This document shows positions 31,501-46,850 of a DNA stretch of 64,000 nucleotides, in pieces (position 1 is the stretch's first letter; every line of letters starts with the position of its first letter). The notes under the pieces were generated by a model that was not told the DNA's origin, ran no database searches, and saw only the letters and a program-made list of their open reading frames with translations. A program made the translations under genes and the position numbers. The DNA is from Schmidtea polychroa (lineage: Eukaryota). The stretch covers positions 47,058,001 to 47,122,000 of the forward strand of contig CM097888.1 in NCBI GenBank assembly GCA_044892525.1. Direction: 5' to 3'.

Positions 31501-34500
31501 ATAACAATGATTTATGTTTCGATTCAAGCAGTTCTTTCTTTGTACGCTTCAGGTCGTTCCTAGGGTATCGTTCGGGACTATAGTGATTCTATATCACACA
31601 CTGGCAATTTATGAAACCTTATCAAGTGGTTCGACAATGTATCCTGGTGTTGCTGTTTGAATGCACATCTCAACTCCATTTCAAATTTGTATGAGAATTT
31701 ACCAATGTTTGTAAATAATAATTGTTGATTTTCACTTTATCTGACCTCGTGTGTTCAAGCTAATCAAATAAAAACTCCCAGCCATATATTAATTTCTTAT
31801 CGATATCGTCAATCTCATGTGTAATATTTGTGTCAATATTTGTTTAATTGGGTGCAGGAAATAGTTATTTAGGAACAAATGGTCTCTCATCCAAGTTAGC
31901 AAGAAAAGCTTTTACTGTTGTTTTCATTAAATTATTAATTAAGAAAAAAATTCGTTAGATATTAAATAACGGAAGAGTTTTGTTCTTTAGTGTTAGTTCT
32001 TTTTTTGTTAAAAATGGAAGTGGAGCAAAATTATGACTTAAAAATGATAAAAATTGTTTATTATCTAAACTATAAAATCCGAATGTCTGTTGTGTTTGCT
32101 ACCTTTTCTTGTTCGCACAGACCACACCACTACTGCTAGAACTTTGAAAATTTACAGAAACGTATTATTTGATGCCAAAGTTGCAAACTAAAATGACATC
32201 TTTTCTTTGAAAAATTCATTCATTAAAAACTATCACAGTATCTCCCGACCCGTGTAGAACATTTCTACCCTTGCGTAAGATCATTCTAGTTGCTGTATCA
32301 GTTGTGCGGTTTTCAAATTTCCCATGTGAAGCCAGACAATAAAGCCAGTAAATTCATAAAATTGAATTTATTTTTAAATTTATCATTCGATAGAAAAAAG
32401 TCGATTTTCAGATAACATTAAAATAAAAAATTATTGTATTTATTCATTAATAATGTAAAATTTAATACTACAGAATAGGACATTTAGGTTTCAGATAAGT
32501 GTTAAAAGTTATAATTAACACTATTTCGATTCATATAATAACTTTTTTCAGCTCATTTTGTGGTACCCTAAATCATATAGGAAGGTCATTAATTTTCATT
32601 AAATTTGTAACATAGTTATTTGGCGTGGCCAAACTAATTGCACTACATAATGAGTATTTGAAATACATCAGTTTGATTTAAAAGCAACCCTCTGTAGTTG
32701 ATTTTCAAGTGAAATTTATAAGTGAATTTATAAAGATTAATATATTTGTCTCCCTTTGACTGGAAGTTTTTTAATTTTTCAAACATTTTTAGAGTTAGCA
32801 TATGGTTGAAATGCTAAATAATTAATTGTAATTCTTATTTGTAGATATCTATTGAAAATTATAAAAATCTAAAACGGAGATAATATATAAAAAGAAACAA
32901 TTTATGAATATTTATGCAATATTAGCAATCAACTGAGAGCTAACCTGCTTACTGCTAACATTTTCAATAGAGTCGACAGAAATGATAGAATAATTAATAC
33001 AAAATTGGCCGTTGGACTGTTATTTTTCAATGGACCTCTCACTTGGCAAAGGTAATCAGATAGCACATCAACTATTCCACTCGACACGACATAACTGATA
33101 ATATCCTGAAAACGTGGTATTAAATATAATATTTATTGTATAAATTTGGATTTTTTTTGAATTTTAAGAGAATAAATTAAATTAAGAACAAATGATTTTG
33201 AATTGATAAGGAAAATTTCATTTTATTTTTTATAGTTAAATCAAAATCAAGAATGTCAATCCATAATTTCCTAAGAGCAATTTTTTTTATTTACTGACGG
33301 GATATAATAAACGTACTTGATTCTTTGAATAGCTACATAACAGATTATTCCGTAAACTAATCATGACTTCCTTCCCAAATTGAATGAAAAGAAATTCATA
33401 CTGTCTTTTAAAAATTGTATAAAATATAAAAATCAACTTTTCACCAGTAACAGCTATTTTATAATATTTTTCATTAAAAAGATAAATTTATAAATTTATT
33501 AGAAGTCATAGAATGTGGTATGATTTCATGGTAATAGAGCGCTAACATGCAATAATACAAAAATGATAAAGAACTTTTTCTCATATCTAATTCAAAGGAA
33601 AAAATTTTGAGAAAATTAAATTATCGACATTTTAATTAAATTTTATATTAAGAGTAAAATAATAATATTAATGAAGATATAGTAAGAATTTCAAATAAAA
33701 TATAGATTATGATAATAATAAATCATAAAAATTATAAAAAGATAAAAACATTAAATGAATTTTTATATTAACTATAATAATAATTACACAAGAATTAAAT
33801 AAATAAATAAAAATGAAATAAAGTAAAATCATGAAAAAAATAAAAATGGTAATAACNNNNNNNNNNNNNNNNNNNNNNNNNNNNNNNNNNNNNNNNNNNN
33901 NNNNNNNNNNNNNNNNNNNNNNNNNNNNNNNNNNNNNNNNNNNNNNNNNNNNNNNNNNNNNNNNNNNNNNNNNNNNNNNNNNNNNNATCCGTTCGGATCT
34001 CCAGCCGACTCGAAGTGTTTGACAAAGAGGACGATCTCCCACTGTTTTCTTCAGGAGTTTTGTGATGTGCCGTATAAATGGAGTCCGAATTGATATTGGA
34101 AACGAAGTTCTCGAAAACTACAGTCAAAGTCAACAATATCTGTTCAACAATAATGCTGGTGGGTAATTCACGATTCTCTGGCAACATGCCAGATTGCATT
34201 TCGTTGAGGTTTTTCAAATAATTAGTAAAGTTATCCGGAATTAAATACTGAGATTTTCACATCAATTTATGAATTTTATCAATAAAAACATTCAAACATT
34301 TAATCTAATTTGTAGCCCATCTAATAATGCAACAATGAACTTAGAGAACAATACGAATTGGCAGACATTATTGTTAGAATGGCACATTTTTCGGGTGCAT
34401 TTGAACACCAGTTTCAATGNNNNNNNNNNNNNNNNNNNNNNNNNNNNNNNNNNNNNNNNNNNNNNNNNNNNNNNNNNNNNNNNNNNNNNNNNNNNNNNNN

Positions 34501-37500
34501 NNNNNNNNNNNNNNNNNNNNNNNNNNNNNNNNNNNNNNNNNNNNNNNNNNNNNNNNNNNNNNNNNNNNNNNNNNNNNNNNNNNNNNNNNNNNNNNNNNNN
34601 NNNNNNNNNNNNNNNNNNNNNNNNNNNNNNNNNNNNNNNNNNNNNNNNNNNNNNNNNNNNNNNNNNNNNNNNNNNNNNNNNNNNNNNNNNNNNNNNNNNN
34701 NNNNNNNNNNNNNNNNNNNNNNNNNNNNNNNNNNNNNNNNNNNNNNNNNNNNNNNNNNNNNNNNNNNNNNNNNNNNNNNNNNNNNNNNNNNNNNNNNNNN
34801 NNNNNNNNNNNNNNNNNNNNNNNNNNNNNNNNNNNNNNNNNCAGGAAGTATGGGAGAATTTTCTGACTTTTGTGCTTGAATTAATTGAAGGATATTTCCC
34901 AAAACATTCATCCCACCGAAATGGAGAAATATATCTTGTTCTTGCTGAATCTTCAGAAAATCAAACAAAAACCAATAGAAAATTGTGCTTTACTTGATTA
35001 TTGTAGATAGCTGTGGATTTGTCGGATAATGTTAAATTTTCCAATTTCTTAATATAATATTTAGGCGTTGTAGAAAAGTTGCAGAGGTTACTTTATTGCT
35101 TAAACATCTTAACAAGTCTCCAAGAGCTTTTTCAAGAGAAGTTACTCGAACAGTCACCCAAGGCCCTGTATCTTGAATGGCAACAAATCTCTTTATGTCC
35201 TTGATAAATTTGGAGATCCTAAAGATCATATCAAATAATTTGATTGTGGTCAAACCCTCTATAACGTCATTCATTTAATCGTTTTCCTGCTCTGATATTA
35301 TCTTGATATCTTTTATTAAATTCAAATTCAGCATAACAGTGAAAGAACGATGTAGAAAACGACGTTATTCTAGGTATGACTAATTGACATTCTATTCTTA
35401 CTTTTGCTTGTTCGGCGTTTGAGGAACTTTGCCATCGTTATTGAATTGTTCGCAATATTTCTCAAATTCCGTAGAACTGAATATTATGTTTAAATTGGGA
35501 ATGTTACCAGGTTCATTAATAATATACTTTGAAATAATTCGCTGTTTGATTTTCTTAATTCTTTTCTTCACTGCTTTACGGCGCTCTTTCTTTGCTTGTA
35601 GTTTTGGATCAGTTTTGTCATCTGGTGCATCGACAATATGTTCCAAGTTGAAAATTCTCTGAATTTATAACTCCATGAAGCTTTCATATATATTCTTATA
35701 AATGCCATTTTCATTGCATATTTGAGTTTAATATACAGTTATGTTTCATGTTTCTTTTCTGTGTCAGTTATATGTATTTTTCAAAGTGTTATTTCCTAAG
35801 AGCAATATGATCTGGAAAGTGTATCCAATTTTGCCAGTTTTACTATTTTGTATAGCCTCACAAAAATCATAAAATTATTATTTTTAATGGATATAATAAT
35901 AAAGAACGTTTCACAAATAAGTATGAGCAAAATTATGCAAACCCGAACAAAGTGAAAATGAAGCAAAAAGAAAAAGCTTCGACAAAATCTTTTAGCAAAA
36001 GGAATTGCATTGTGGGTTTTCTGGTTGATTACATTGTTAAACTATCCGATAGTTACCGGATAATTACAGATCTCCTATATTAAATATTTATTCAATTTCC
36101 TTTCACCAAGCCCTTGACATTTTAGTAAGTATATATTTCTTATATGGTCAGTATTTTTGTCTCAATAGAAGAAGCAGCCAATAAAGAAAATATTTTTTGA
36201 TGATATTATTAGTGAATGTATTCAAAAATAAAGATACATTTCAAATTTTAATGAACTAGGCAACTCGTTTCTCAACTGCCGACTTGCAGGTCGAATATAA
36301 TTGGTTGGGGAAAAATTTTTAAATGTTGAGCTAATTTTTGTAAAGCAATTTAAAGCTACATAGTAAAGGTAGCATTCAACCTCACAAACAACTCCCATCA
36401 CTTTTGCTAGTTCTGGGTACAGTAAAATCTTTTTTACACGATTTTGAAATAACACGGTTCGTCAAGCAGAAATTTTAAATTTTTTACACGTTATTTTTGA
36501 TTTAACACGAATTACAAAATTTTTTTTTTAATTATTTACATGATTTTACATGAAATCATGTAAAATAAGACTGTGTAAAAAAGATTTTACTGTAGGTAGA
36601 AGGGCAATAATTCCTAATTTTCCAAATCAAAATTTTATTAAAATAAATATTCTGCGATACAATTGATATGATTAATTATATTTTAAAATTATAGATCTCC
36701 TATTGATAAAATTTGCTTTATAGATTATTAATAATGATAAAAAATACTGTTGATAAAATTTATTAAAAATACTAAGGATTCGTTTTTGAGAATATCTGAA
36801 TGTAATTTGACTAGTGTGGCTGAGTTGGATGATGGGGTAAATAATTCTAATAAGAAGTTTAAGGAATAAGTTTAAAAAGTAAATTTGTGTTTGTGTTGCC
36901 ATACTTGGAAGGTTAAATAGATTATAAAAGCAGTAGGGGAATTTAATTTATAAATCATGTTTAATTTATGCAAAGTGAGTATTTTGTTTATAAGATAAAA
37001 AAGGCATCTGATTTTATTGATAAAATCATCGGATTCGAAAATTTATGTGCAAAATACTGTAAACACTTGTATTTTGAATGTTTTTAAAAAGTTTGGGTGG
37101 TTAATTGCGATTGTGTGGATTGTTGTTGTTGTTGTTGTTTTCAAGTGTAAATAAAATAATTTTTTAAATTTCAATGTTTTTGAAAAGTTTATAGATTGTT
37201 AAAATTAAAAAATTATATCAAAATAAAATTATAATAATATTTTGAAATCTTTAAATATATTTTTTAGAGAAAAATTAATAAAATTTGTTCATAAAATTTA
37301 TAATATCTACAACTTTTTCTATCCTACCTGACGATGACATGGAAACAGTCGATATATATATAGAAAATAAAATATATATAAAATAAATATAAACGTAAAA
37401 ACTGATCTCGTGATCCAGTTATAAGGGTAGATATAGTTGTGTTGCATTTGTTGAATTTACAGATTTAGCATGCAATATCTTGATATTTTGAGTGGTTACT

Positions 37501-40500
37501 GTCCCTAGGCTTTCAGAAGTCTTCACTGTCCTTATAAAAAAAACCCTTATATCCAGTATGTGGAATTATTATTTCTTTGAGATATCAATAATAAATAAAG
37601 TTATGTGAAGAGGTATTTTTTATCAGTATTAAATTATTGTGTTTATTTTGTCTTGTATAATTTTGAGTTATCAATGGCTGAAAATATAAATTGTCGTTTC
37701 TGTATGATATGTACAATGACTGCATATTATATCCGAATTTTCCTTTTTTGGAACCAGTCAGACTTTTGATTGTAATGATTGCGATACACGATCACTGTCT
37801 TCAATTTCCACTAAAATATTGTCCTTACATTGGATCTTGTGGTATCTTTTAGCATATATTATACTTGTGATATCATGGAGCTCAGAGCAAGTGTCTTCCA
37901 TGCTTCCCTAATTCAATTGTTCAATTTCTTCATTCATTACTGTAGCAATAGACTGCCAGCATTACAATTTATATATATTGCAATTTCTAATGACTAGCTA
38001 GTTTTGAACTTCTGTGTATCTCACCAGAACCATGAAAGAAACTATAATAACTAATATCTTGCGTTGATTATTTGTATTACAGGAACACGGAGTTTGTTTT
38101 ACAGTGGTGCTGATGAGATATAAATAAGCTTGAAATCGGCATGTCACTAGAAATTGCATCGTATTTCCCATCACATTAAAATAGAATAATTGAGGTAAGG
38201 GAGAATCAACAACTGTAACTTTCACCTGTTTTTGCAATATCAATAAAAATGGACAAATAATTCAAGAGGAACACATTTTTCCACAGAAACTAAATTATCG
38301 CCTTTAACTATGTTAGAATAATTTACATAAACCGACTGCTGTTTCTATGTCAGTTTTTGGTAATCTACTACAACAGAATAAAACAATATGAGCTCGCGAC
38401 TCATCAAACAGAATTTCCCAACTTTCAAATTTTGAAATCATCTCATTTTTTAATATTTGTTTTAATGAATAAAAAAATAATAAAGATTCGATTGCATATT
38501 GAAAAAAAGTTTAAATTTATTGATTAACTTACAAATTGGTCCTTTTCGATATTTTCTCCAGAAAGTTGCTCAATAACGGTATTTTTGTGTTTCTTTCCAC
38601 TCAAGTGACTTTGTAGCAGAACATCAGAATCGATCTTGATAGAAATGTTACCGTTATTTCGTGTAAATTGAAACTAATTCATTTACCATAATATTACATA
38701 CATTGCACCATTTCTTGTTGATATATGGTTCAATTGGAGGTGCATCGGCACTTTCTTCTAGGGAATATTTTGCAATACTCATTTCAAATGCTTTGCGGCT
38801 GATTTCCGCCAATTGCTCCAAATGCCGACGTTCAGAATCCTCGTGCTTTAAAATCATTAAAATGAATTTAATTTCTAATAATTCAGTGGAGTTGAAAGTG
38901 ACAAAAATGCAAATGAACTAAGATAGCAACGATAATAAATATAGAAAAGTCAATAATTTTGGACATTTCATTGAATGGGGAGAAATGATCTGTATCGATC
39001 TATGTTCCGTTTAAGCTGCGTGTATTTATATACAAGAGTTTATTCTTATAGAGAACTCCGAAGCTACCAATAAAAGCCTGTGAATACATCAAATCAGTAA
39101 TCGAGAAATAGGATATGTTCAAAACTGATGGAATTGTCCACAATTGATTATAACGCGACAATAATAATTTCATTATTTCATTGAGAAGGATGAAATAAAG
39201 GGAAAATATTCATTATTTAAGGTTTTGAAAGTAGAAACCTAATGAAAAACATTATAGTGTCTTTTGTTAATCGGCATCATCCTGTACGATTCAGGCAAGG
39301 GGAAATGAGTGTTGGTGGATATTGCAGTTTCCACGATGAAGTTGTTTATGAATGATGATCTTCACTATCAATCATACAAGAGGCGTGAATAATGATTTCT
39401 TACCGGAAAGGCAAAGAAACTCTTGAACAAAGTGAAACATCCTAATGAACCAGAGACAAAAGATGGCCTAGCTACGCAACGACTAAAACAACAGATGGCT
39501 TTCCTACAATCCATCTAAGGTTTCTGTATCATTTAGACCAAGTTTTCCTTAACTGTGATCATTTTTTTTGGATGTATTCGGTGTTAAATTACATTTTAAA
39601 AGTTAATACTGTTAATTTTTAATTCAAAAGAATAAACTTTTATATATTTTATTTTAAATTTTACATGATTCAATTTTGAGTTTATATCTAGAAAAAATTT
39701 TCATCTATTTTATTTAGTTCATTTAACACAAATTTTAAACCAATAAAAAGACAGAAAATTAATTTAAATGGAAGATAAAAAAACATTTTAAATTTGAAAC
39801 AGCTCAATATGGAGAAANNNNNNNNNNNNNNNNNNNNNNNNNNNNNNNNNNNNNNNNNNNNNNNNNNNNNNNNNNNNNNNNNNNNNNNNNNNNNNNNNNN
39901 NNNNNNNNNNNNNNNNNNNNNNNNNNNNNNNNNNNNNNNNNNNNNNNNNNNNNNNNNNNNNNNNNNNNNNNNNNNNNNNNNNNNNNNNNNNNNNNNNNNN
40001 NNNNNNNNNNNNNNNNNNNNAAAAATTTAGTAAAAAACAAGCAAATTAACCTTCTTCGAAATTTTTTCTTTCAATTGCTGAATTTGTGTTTTTTGTTGTT
40101 GTTCTAGAACCATTTTTTTCTGTTCTCTTTCTGCTTCTTTTGCTCGGACTGCTAGCAATCGCAGCTTTTCACGATTTTCAGCTTTACATGCGAGTTCTTC
40201 TTCTCTAGTTTTCCAACGCAATTGCAAATCATTAATCCAAGCTTGTCGATTAGATTCAAGAGTTTTCCGTCTAATCTGTAATAATTATTTATTAATGATC
40301 ATTGCGTTTGGTGAGATGAATATGTTTCACTTCTGCAGCAACTTCTCTTTCGGCTTTCTCTTCCATACGCTTTTTTCTTTCTTCTTGCCTTTCAAGGAGT
40401 CGAGCTTCACTTTCTTGATGTTTAGTTAAAATAGTGTGTTGTTTCTGTGCAGCTTCCAATGACTATGAAACTTGGATCCAATCATTTAATAAATAATACT

Positions 40501-43500
40501 ACATTACCTGAATAAATGCGATTTCCTTTCCTTTCATTTCTTCATCGTGAGCTTTTTTAACTCGTTCATCGAGTTGTTTTTGACGTTTCGTTTCTGCTTT
40601 ATTTAATCTTTGTTCCATCCAAAGCTTTTTCTCGTCTAATAATCCAGATTTATGCAACCTAACCTCCTCAACCTACCACCGATTTAATATTTCAAGCCAC
40701 ATGGGATTTCGTTGTGAAATTACCTTTTTCGTTAACTCTCGAACTTTTTCTGTTCGATCAAGTAAAAGTTTCTCACGAAGTTCCTTTGCTTTCGCTTGTT
40801 TTTTTTCTAACTGTTGAATGGAATTTATTGATCTGGAAAGTAGATCGTGCAGAGTTTAGTTTTTTATAACATTCAGATTAATATTTCCATTCAAATATAT
40901 AAATTTTTATTAATATTTTAGTAGTTAAAATCACTTTTTATTCATTTGTATAAAGAACATTTTCTTGGTTGAAATTCATTTTAGAATATTTGAAGTTTTG
41001 GTTGACAAAGAAATAATTTTTGACCGAGAATGATTTTATGATGAAACTGCTTCTCAATATAAATCTTTAATTCGGTGGAGTTGAAAGTGACAAAAATGAA
41101 CATAAAATAAGATAAAAAGTCAATAATTGTGGGCAGTTCATTGAATGGGGAGAAATTATAAATATCGATCTATGTTCCGTTTAAGCTGCGTGTAGTGTTA
41201 TACAAGATTCTATTCTTATAGACTCTGTAGTAATACATTATAATTGCAAATAAATAGATAGCTACCGATAAAGACTTATATTCCCGATGGATTCTAGGAC
41301 AACGCAGTATAAAGAAAATTTCAAAAATTGTTAGGTCTTTGCGAATTTTTCAGAACTTTTAAACTGTGTTTCAGGAAACATTTAACTTACTGGGGTTTGA
41401 GATATTTTTCAGTTGAAAATCGGTTATCAGAAATGGAACTTATAAGATAGAATATTTCCTTAGCAACTTTTAGGAGCTCCAATAGATCCGATGATACCGC
41501 AACTTTAATTGAAAATACTGATTAATATTTATGTAGTGGAACCATGTGAAAAAGCATGGGCGAATGTTTAGCGATATGATGCTGCAAAATATTTAAATGA
41601 CAATGAATTCCTATATAAAACTCGTCCTCATAAAAAAAACCTTGCCCATGGTGAAGGAATCCGACATAGAAATGATGAAATTGTATCATATAGACCTAAA
41701 TGTTTATTTTCAACGGGAACTTAATGAAGATTAACTGATAGTAAGGATTTAAATAGAAAAAATTGAAAAATAGAGCATTTGAAAGGACTTTAAATTAAGT
41801 TGAACCAGGCAGTATCTAGCAAATCTCATGATATGATATATTTTTTATTCTTTACTTTTATTTTTTAAGTCACGTTTGATGTTTTTTTATATTTCATTTA
41901 TTGATTCAAGTTTTTGACTACCTCACGTTGATATGATTTAATATGGGTTTTAGTGAGTTGTTTGTTCGAATGTTGTTATTAACAATATAATTTACAAAAT
42001 CAGTTTGTCTGTCCTTGGTTCATTGTGTTAAAATTAAATTATGATTCCTTTACAACAATTAATTTTAATAGACAATATTCCATTTTTATTTCAATATTAT
42101 ATGAAAATCGACTTTTCGCTATTGAATGATGCATAATTAATTCAATTTTACCAAATAATTCTTTTAAGTATGTAATTAATATTCTAAACATAAATTTTAA
42201 ATATGGATTCGTTTAAATGATTCTTAAATAAACTTAGGACGGGTGAATTATCTAGTTTAATTATAAGTTATTATTAGCTCAATTTTTTTATTTATAAAAA
42301 AACATTAAATTAAGAAAGATATATCCCTACCTTTTTCTAGAGGGAGCTGAAAGCTTTTGATGCATTTCTACACATCGCCCAGGTGTCCGCAATTTAGAAA
42401 ATGAATCTTGGAATTCATCATCATCTAGAATTATTACCAAACTAACTTATATTTTTGATTTTATTAAAATAATAAAAAATTGTAACACCATTTTCATTAT
42501 AACACCTTTCATGGAATAGTCGATGTTAAGTGAGAAAAAAGAACCTATTAGATGCCGTGTTCTATTGGTATAGAAACTATTTTCAGTTTTTCATGAATAA
42601 GGAGATTGTTTCAAGGAATGTATTATCTTAATTTTTAAATATTTAGACGAATAATCATGCTTTAAAATAGTTTCAAGTTTTTAGCAAGTATTGGTTTTAA
42701 ACTATCATATATTATAAAATCTTTAATATATCTGCGATTCTTGTTCTGAAATGATTTTATTCCAAAATAACCTAAAACAAGTATAATTTATCCAATTATT
42801 ATTTTTGATATTTCATTTAATATAAAATTAATTTCATTATTTCCTGGAAGGTGAAAATGATTGACTTTCTTATTATCTGAAATAAAAATCATTTACTTTT
42901 TCAATATTGATTTTCTTTATTTTCATTTCATTTAAGGCTATCGATCAAAGATTTTATATTTAACACGAATTTATTGCATTGCATTTTTCAAGTGTTTAGA
43001 AATAATGATATGCAGAGAAATGAAATACACCTGAGCATGATAATATAAGCAAAACAGTATGATATGGTTTCAAAGTGTCAATGATAAATTCCCAGGATCT
43101 GTTGCACTAGAGTTATATTTCAACATGATTAGTTCAAATTTAAGATTCACATTGAATTTACACAAAATATTTCAGTCGATGAATCTCATATTATCTAATG
43201 AAACAATTGAATTTTTGATGATAATTGTGTTTTCAATTATGATGAATGTGATTTATTTTAGAGAACTATGTCCAAATTTAGCCTTGCTTAATATGAAAAT
43301 AAGTGAAAGACCGTCAACAAAAAGAATAAATGTACTGTTGCCAATATATATGACTGGGCGGAGGCTAGCACAACTTTTTAGTAAATTTCAAAAATCGAAA
43401 ATGTTTTCGAATTTAGAAAACTGCTTAGATCAATGAGTGAATGAATATCAGATTTTTATTCTCGAGTGATAAAGCGAAACCAAAAGACTTATTTATGGAT

Positions 43501-46500
43501 AAATTCCCTATTCGTCTGATATTAACTAATATTGGTTTGTTAAATTAACAACGTATATTATTAAAAATACAAAAATTTATCTATGACTATTTAAACAAAT
43601 AATATTTCGTACAATTCCAATACTTCTTGATTCTTTTAATAAATTTTCACTAATTATTTCAAATTTTTAGGATATGTTAACAATCAAGAATTAACAATTG
43701 AATATTCCCTTACTTATTTGTTACCTTTTAAATTAATTATTTAAATTTTATTAAAGCTTTTGTCATACTTTTTAAATCTGAAAATGAAATCTTTTTCCAT
43801 TTAATTATCCTCACAAACATTAGTTTTGAATATTGTATCATCATTATATTCATAATTTAATTTATCGATAAAATTAATTAATCATTAATAACGATTTATT
43901 TAACGTCGATATAATTTTAATATTTGTTAATCTTATTCGAGAGTTGAACTAATAATAACAAATAAGTTGAGATACGATATTGAATATTGAACATTTATTA
44001 GAATTCTCATCCGTTAGAACATTAATATCTGTTTTCAAATCATAAATTTTATTCCATAAATTTTATTTAATAAATTATACAATCAAAATCTTGTCTCTTC
44101 TTATTTTTGTTATTTAAACAAATTTCAATTTTTCTTTTAAAATATTTTTTAAATATGTAAAATTTCAGTCTTCTTTTTAAAATATTTTTCAATAAAAATT
44201 TCTAATTAAATATTTAGGAATATTTCAACTTCCTCATACCATTTCTACAAAAATGTCTGATTTGGCTCAAACAATTCCAAAGCCATCGAAAAGCGTCTTT
44301 TAACAAAACCTTTCAATTGAGGTACGTTTATGACATAGGATGGACTAAGGTAATTGTATAAGTTATATCCAATGGCAATCGAGCGAATAGTGATTAATTA
44401 TAGCATGAGAAAACGGTTATACAATCTATGGACTTTAGAACACAATCGGTCAATGAAAATAGAGTTCATTTTTATGTATTTAAATCAATAGAAAATTATA
44501 AAATTGTAAAAATTTAATGTTGAATTTAATGTTGAATTAAACAGGAAAATATAAATATCTCACCGGGATCATCATTAACCTGACTCCAATCAAGTGGGAA
44601 AATATCGATCTTATTTTTAATATCTTCGAGAGGTAAAAGAAAATTAGTCAAAGAAATTCCAGTTGATTGGATAATGTTTGTGTTATTGTTATTGTTGTTG
44701 ATATTGTGATTATTAGAGAGCGAATCAGTTTTATCGACATTCAAATTCAATACGAAATCATAGCCATCATCGCTGTCATCTGTTGGTAAATTTCCAATCA
44801 AATTCTTTGTTATAACTTCAATGGAATGTGATAAATCTTTCTCTGTATTATTTATCATGGCAGCTTCTTCTTGTTCGATTTGTTCTCGGTAGGCTTTTTC
44901 TTCTTCTTGAGCACGACCTAATTCATTTTGCAATAGAGTTTCCGTATTTTCTACATCAGCAAGTTTTTTGTTCAGTTTCCTAATGTTCTGACTCGTCTCA
45001 TCATCATCTCCAAATTCGTCAGTTGAGTTTTCTACCGATGTCGATACCGGATCTTTATGGACACTAATTAGGCAGATGATCGAATCGGGTTTGTGGGTTT
45101 TTTCCGGAGTTTTTATTTCGAACTTTTTAGAAGAACTAAATTCTTCGCAGGATCTTAAAAATTCATCTAATGACTGATCGGGTTTTTGCCCGATGTTCCT
45201 AATTTGATTGGAGTCTAAAAAATTGAGCCGTGAACTGGGCAAACCCTGGCAAGGAAACTGGCAGGGATTTATGGGAATTTCAGAATCGGTTAATTCAGAA
45301 TCATTAGACATGAGAATTGTTGAGTGATATTTAATAACGTTAGATGGCTGCATGTTCGATAAGTTACTGGAATCGGTTTGACTCGTTCGACTCCCGGTAG
45401 AAAGTCTAAGATTAGTTTCCGATTTGCTTTTATTTCGTCTTAGATATTGATTGTTTCGGTCCTGTGTTTTCGTTAAAAGTGATTTACGTTTTGGCCGATC
45501 ACTGAGAGTTTGGTTAGAATTGACTTTATTGAATTTACCTCGTTGACTGAACTTTGTCCTGCAAACAGTTTCCCATTCTCCATCACTTCCGTTGTCAATT
45601 GTGGAAACTTTTCTATTATTATTATTATTATTATCAGATGACATTTTCCTAGGTCTTAATGACTGTGCTATCGGTGTTTTATTGGATTTCAATTGATTTG
45701 CTCTCTGTAAATGCTTTGTAAGACGTCGGACTTTTATCGATGCATTATTTTCCGATATTTTAGAATCTTTGCTATCAGTATTTTGATTTGTGGTTAATCT
45801 CAATTTAACTTTATCAGCCCATGTGCAAATGACCGATTCAGATATCGTTTGAGAAGGGCTATTCAATTTCACGCAGAAATTGTTGCTAGAAACTGATTCA
45901 TTTACTTCCAAATCTGTGGAAATTCGAATTTCTTTTGTTGGCGTTTGTAAATCGGTTTGAGACATAGTCTGAGATAATTACATTTCGATAATGTTTATTA
46001 TTTGAAGAACTTANNNNNNNNNNNNNNNNNNNNNNNNNNNNNNNNNNNNNNNNNNNNNNNNNNNNNNNNNNNNNNNNNNNNNNNNNNNNNNNNNNNNNNN
46101 NNNNNNNNNNNNNNNNNNNNNNNNNNNNNNNNNNNNNNNNNNNNNNNNNNNNNNNNNNNNNNNNNNNNNNNNNNNNNNNNNNNNNNNNNNNNNNNNNNNN
46201 NNNNNNNNNNNNNNNNNNNNNNNNNNNNNNNNNNNNNNNNNNNNNNNNNNNNNNNNNNNNNNNNNNNNNNNNNTAACGGATGATGATTGACCTGAATGAG
46301 AATGTGCACGTTTAGTTTTTTCTAAAACTTGTCTCATTATGGGTTTTCCTGGTGAGATCTTACGTTCATCCCAAGCAATAAAAACAGGTCTAAAATTTCG
46401 ATTTACATGATTAATTTGAGACGGATTAAAAAAATGAATTGCATTTGAGAAAGCAGATTGTTAATATGGACATTTAGGTAGATATAAATGAGATCAAATG

Positions 46501-46799
46501 TATTCATGGAAAAGATAATTTTTGGTAAGCACATCAAGCATTAGGGATTNNNNNNNNNNNNNNNNNNNNNNNNNNNNNNNNNNNNNNNNNNNNNNNNNNN
46601 NNNNNNNNNNNNNNNNNNNNNNNNNNNNNNNNNNNNNNNNNNNNNNNNNNNNNNNNNNNNNNNNNNNNNNNNNNNNNNNNNNNNNNNNNNNNNNNNNNNN
46701 NNNNNNNNNNNNNNNNNNNNNNNNNNNNNNNNNNNNNNNNNNNNNNNNNNNNNNNNNNNNNNNNNAATTAATAATAATAAATAATAATAATAAAAATAA

Positions 46800-46850
<51 letters not shown>

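Noticed and set aside
37680-38260. Coding-like minus-strand stretch, possible Harbinger-type remnant
   Set aside because: No diagnostic motif; not in phase with the SCAPER model.
43059-43480. 125-aa ORF with faint hAT dimerisation-domain similarity (ELCPNLAL...NCL.SMSE)
   Set aside because: Too degraded to support by eye; no termini.
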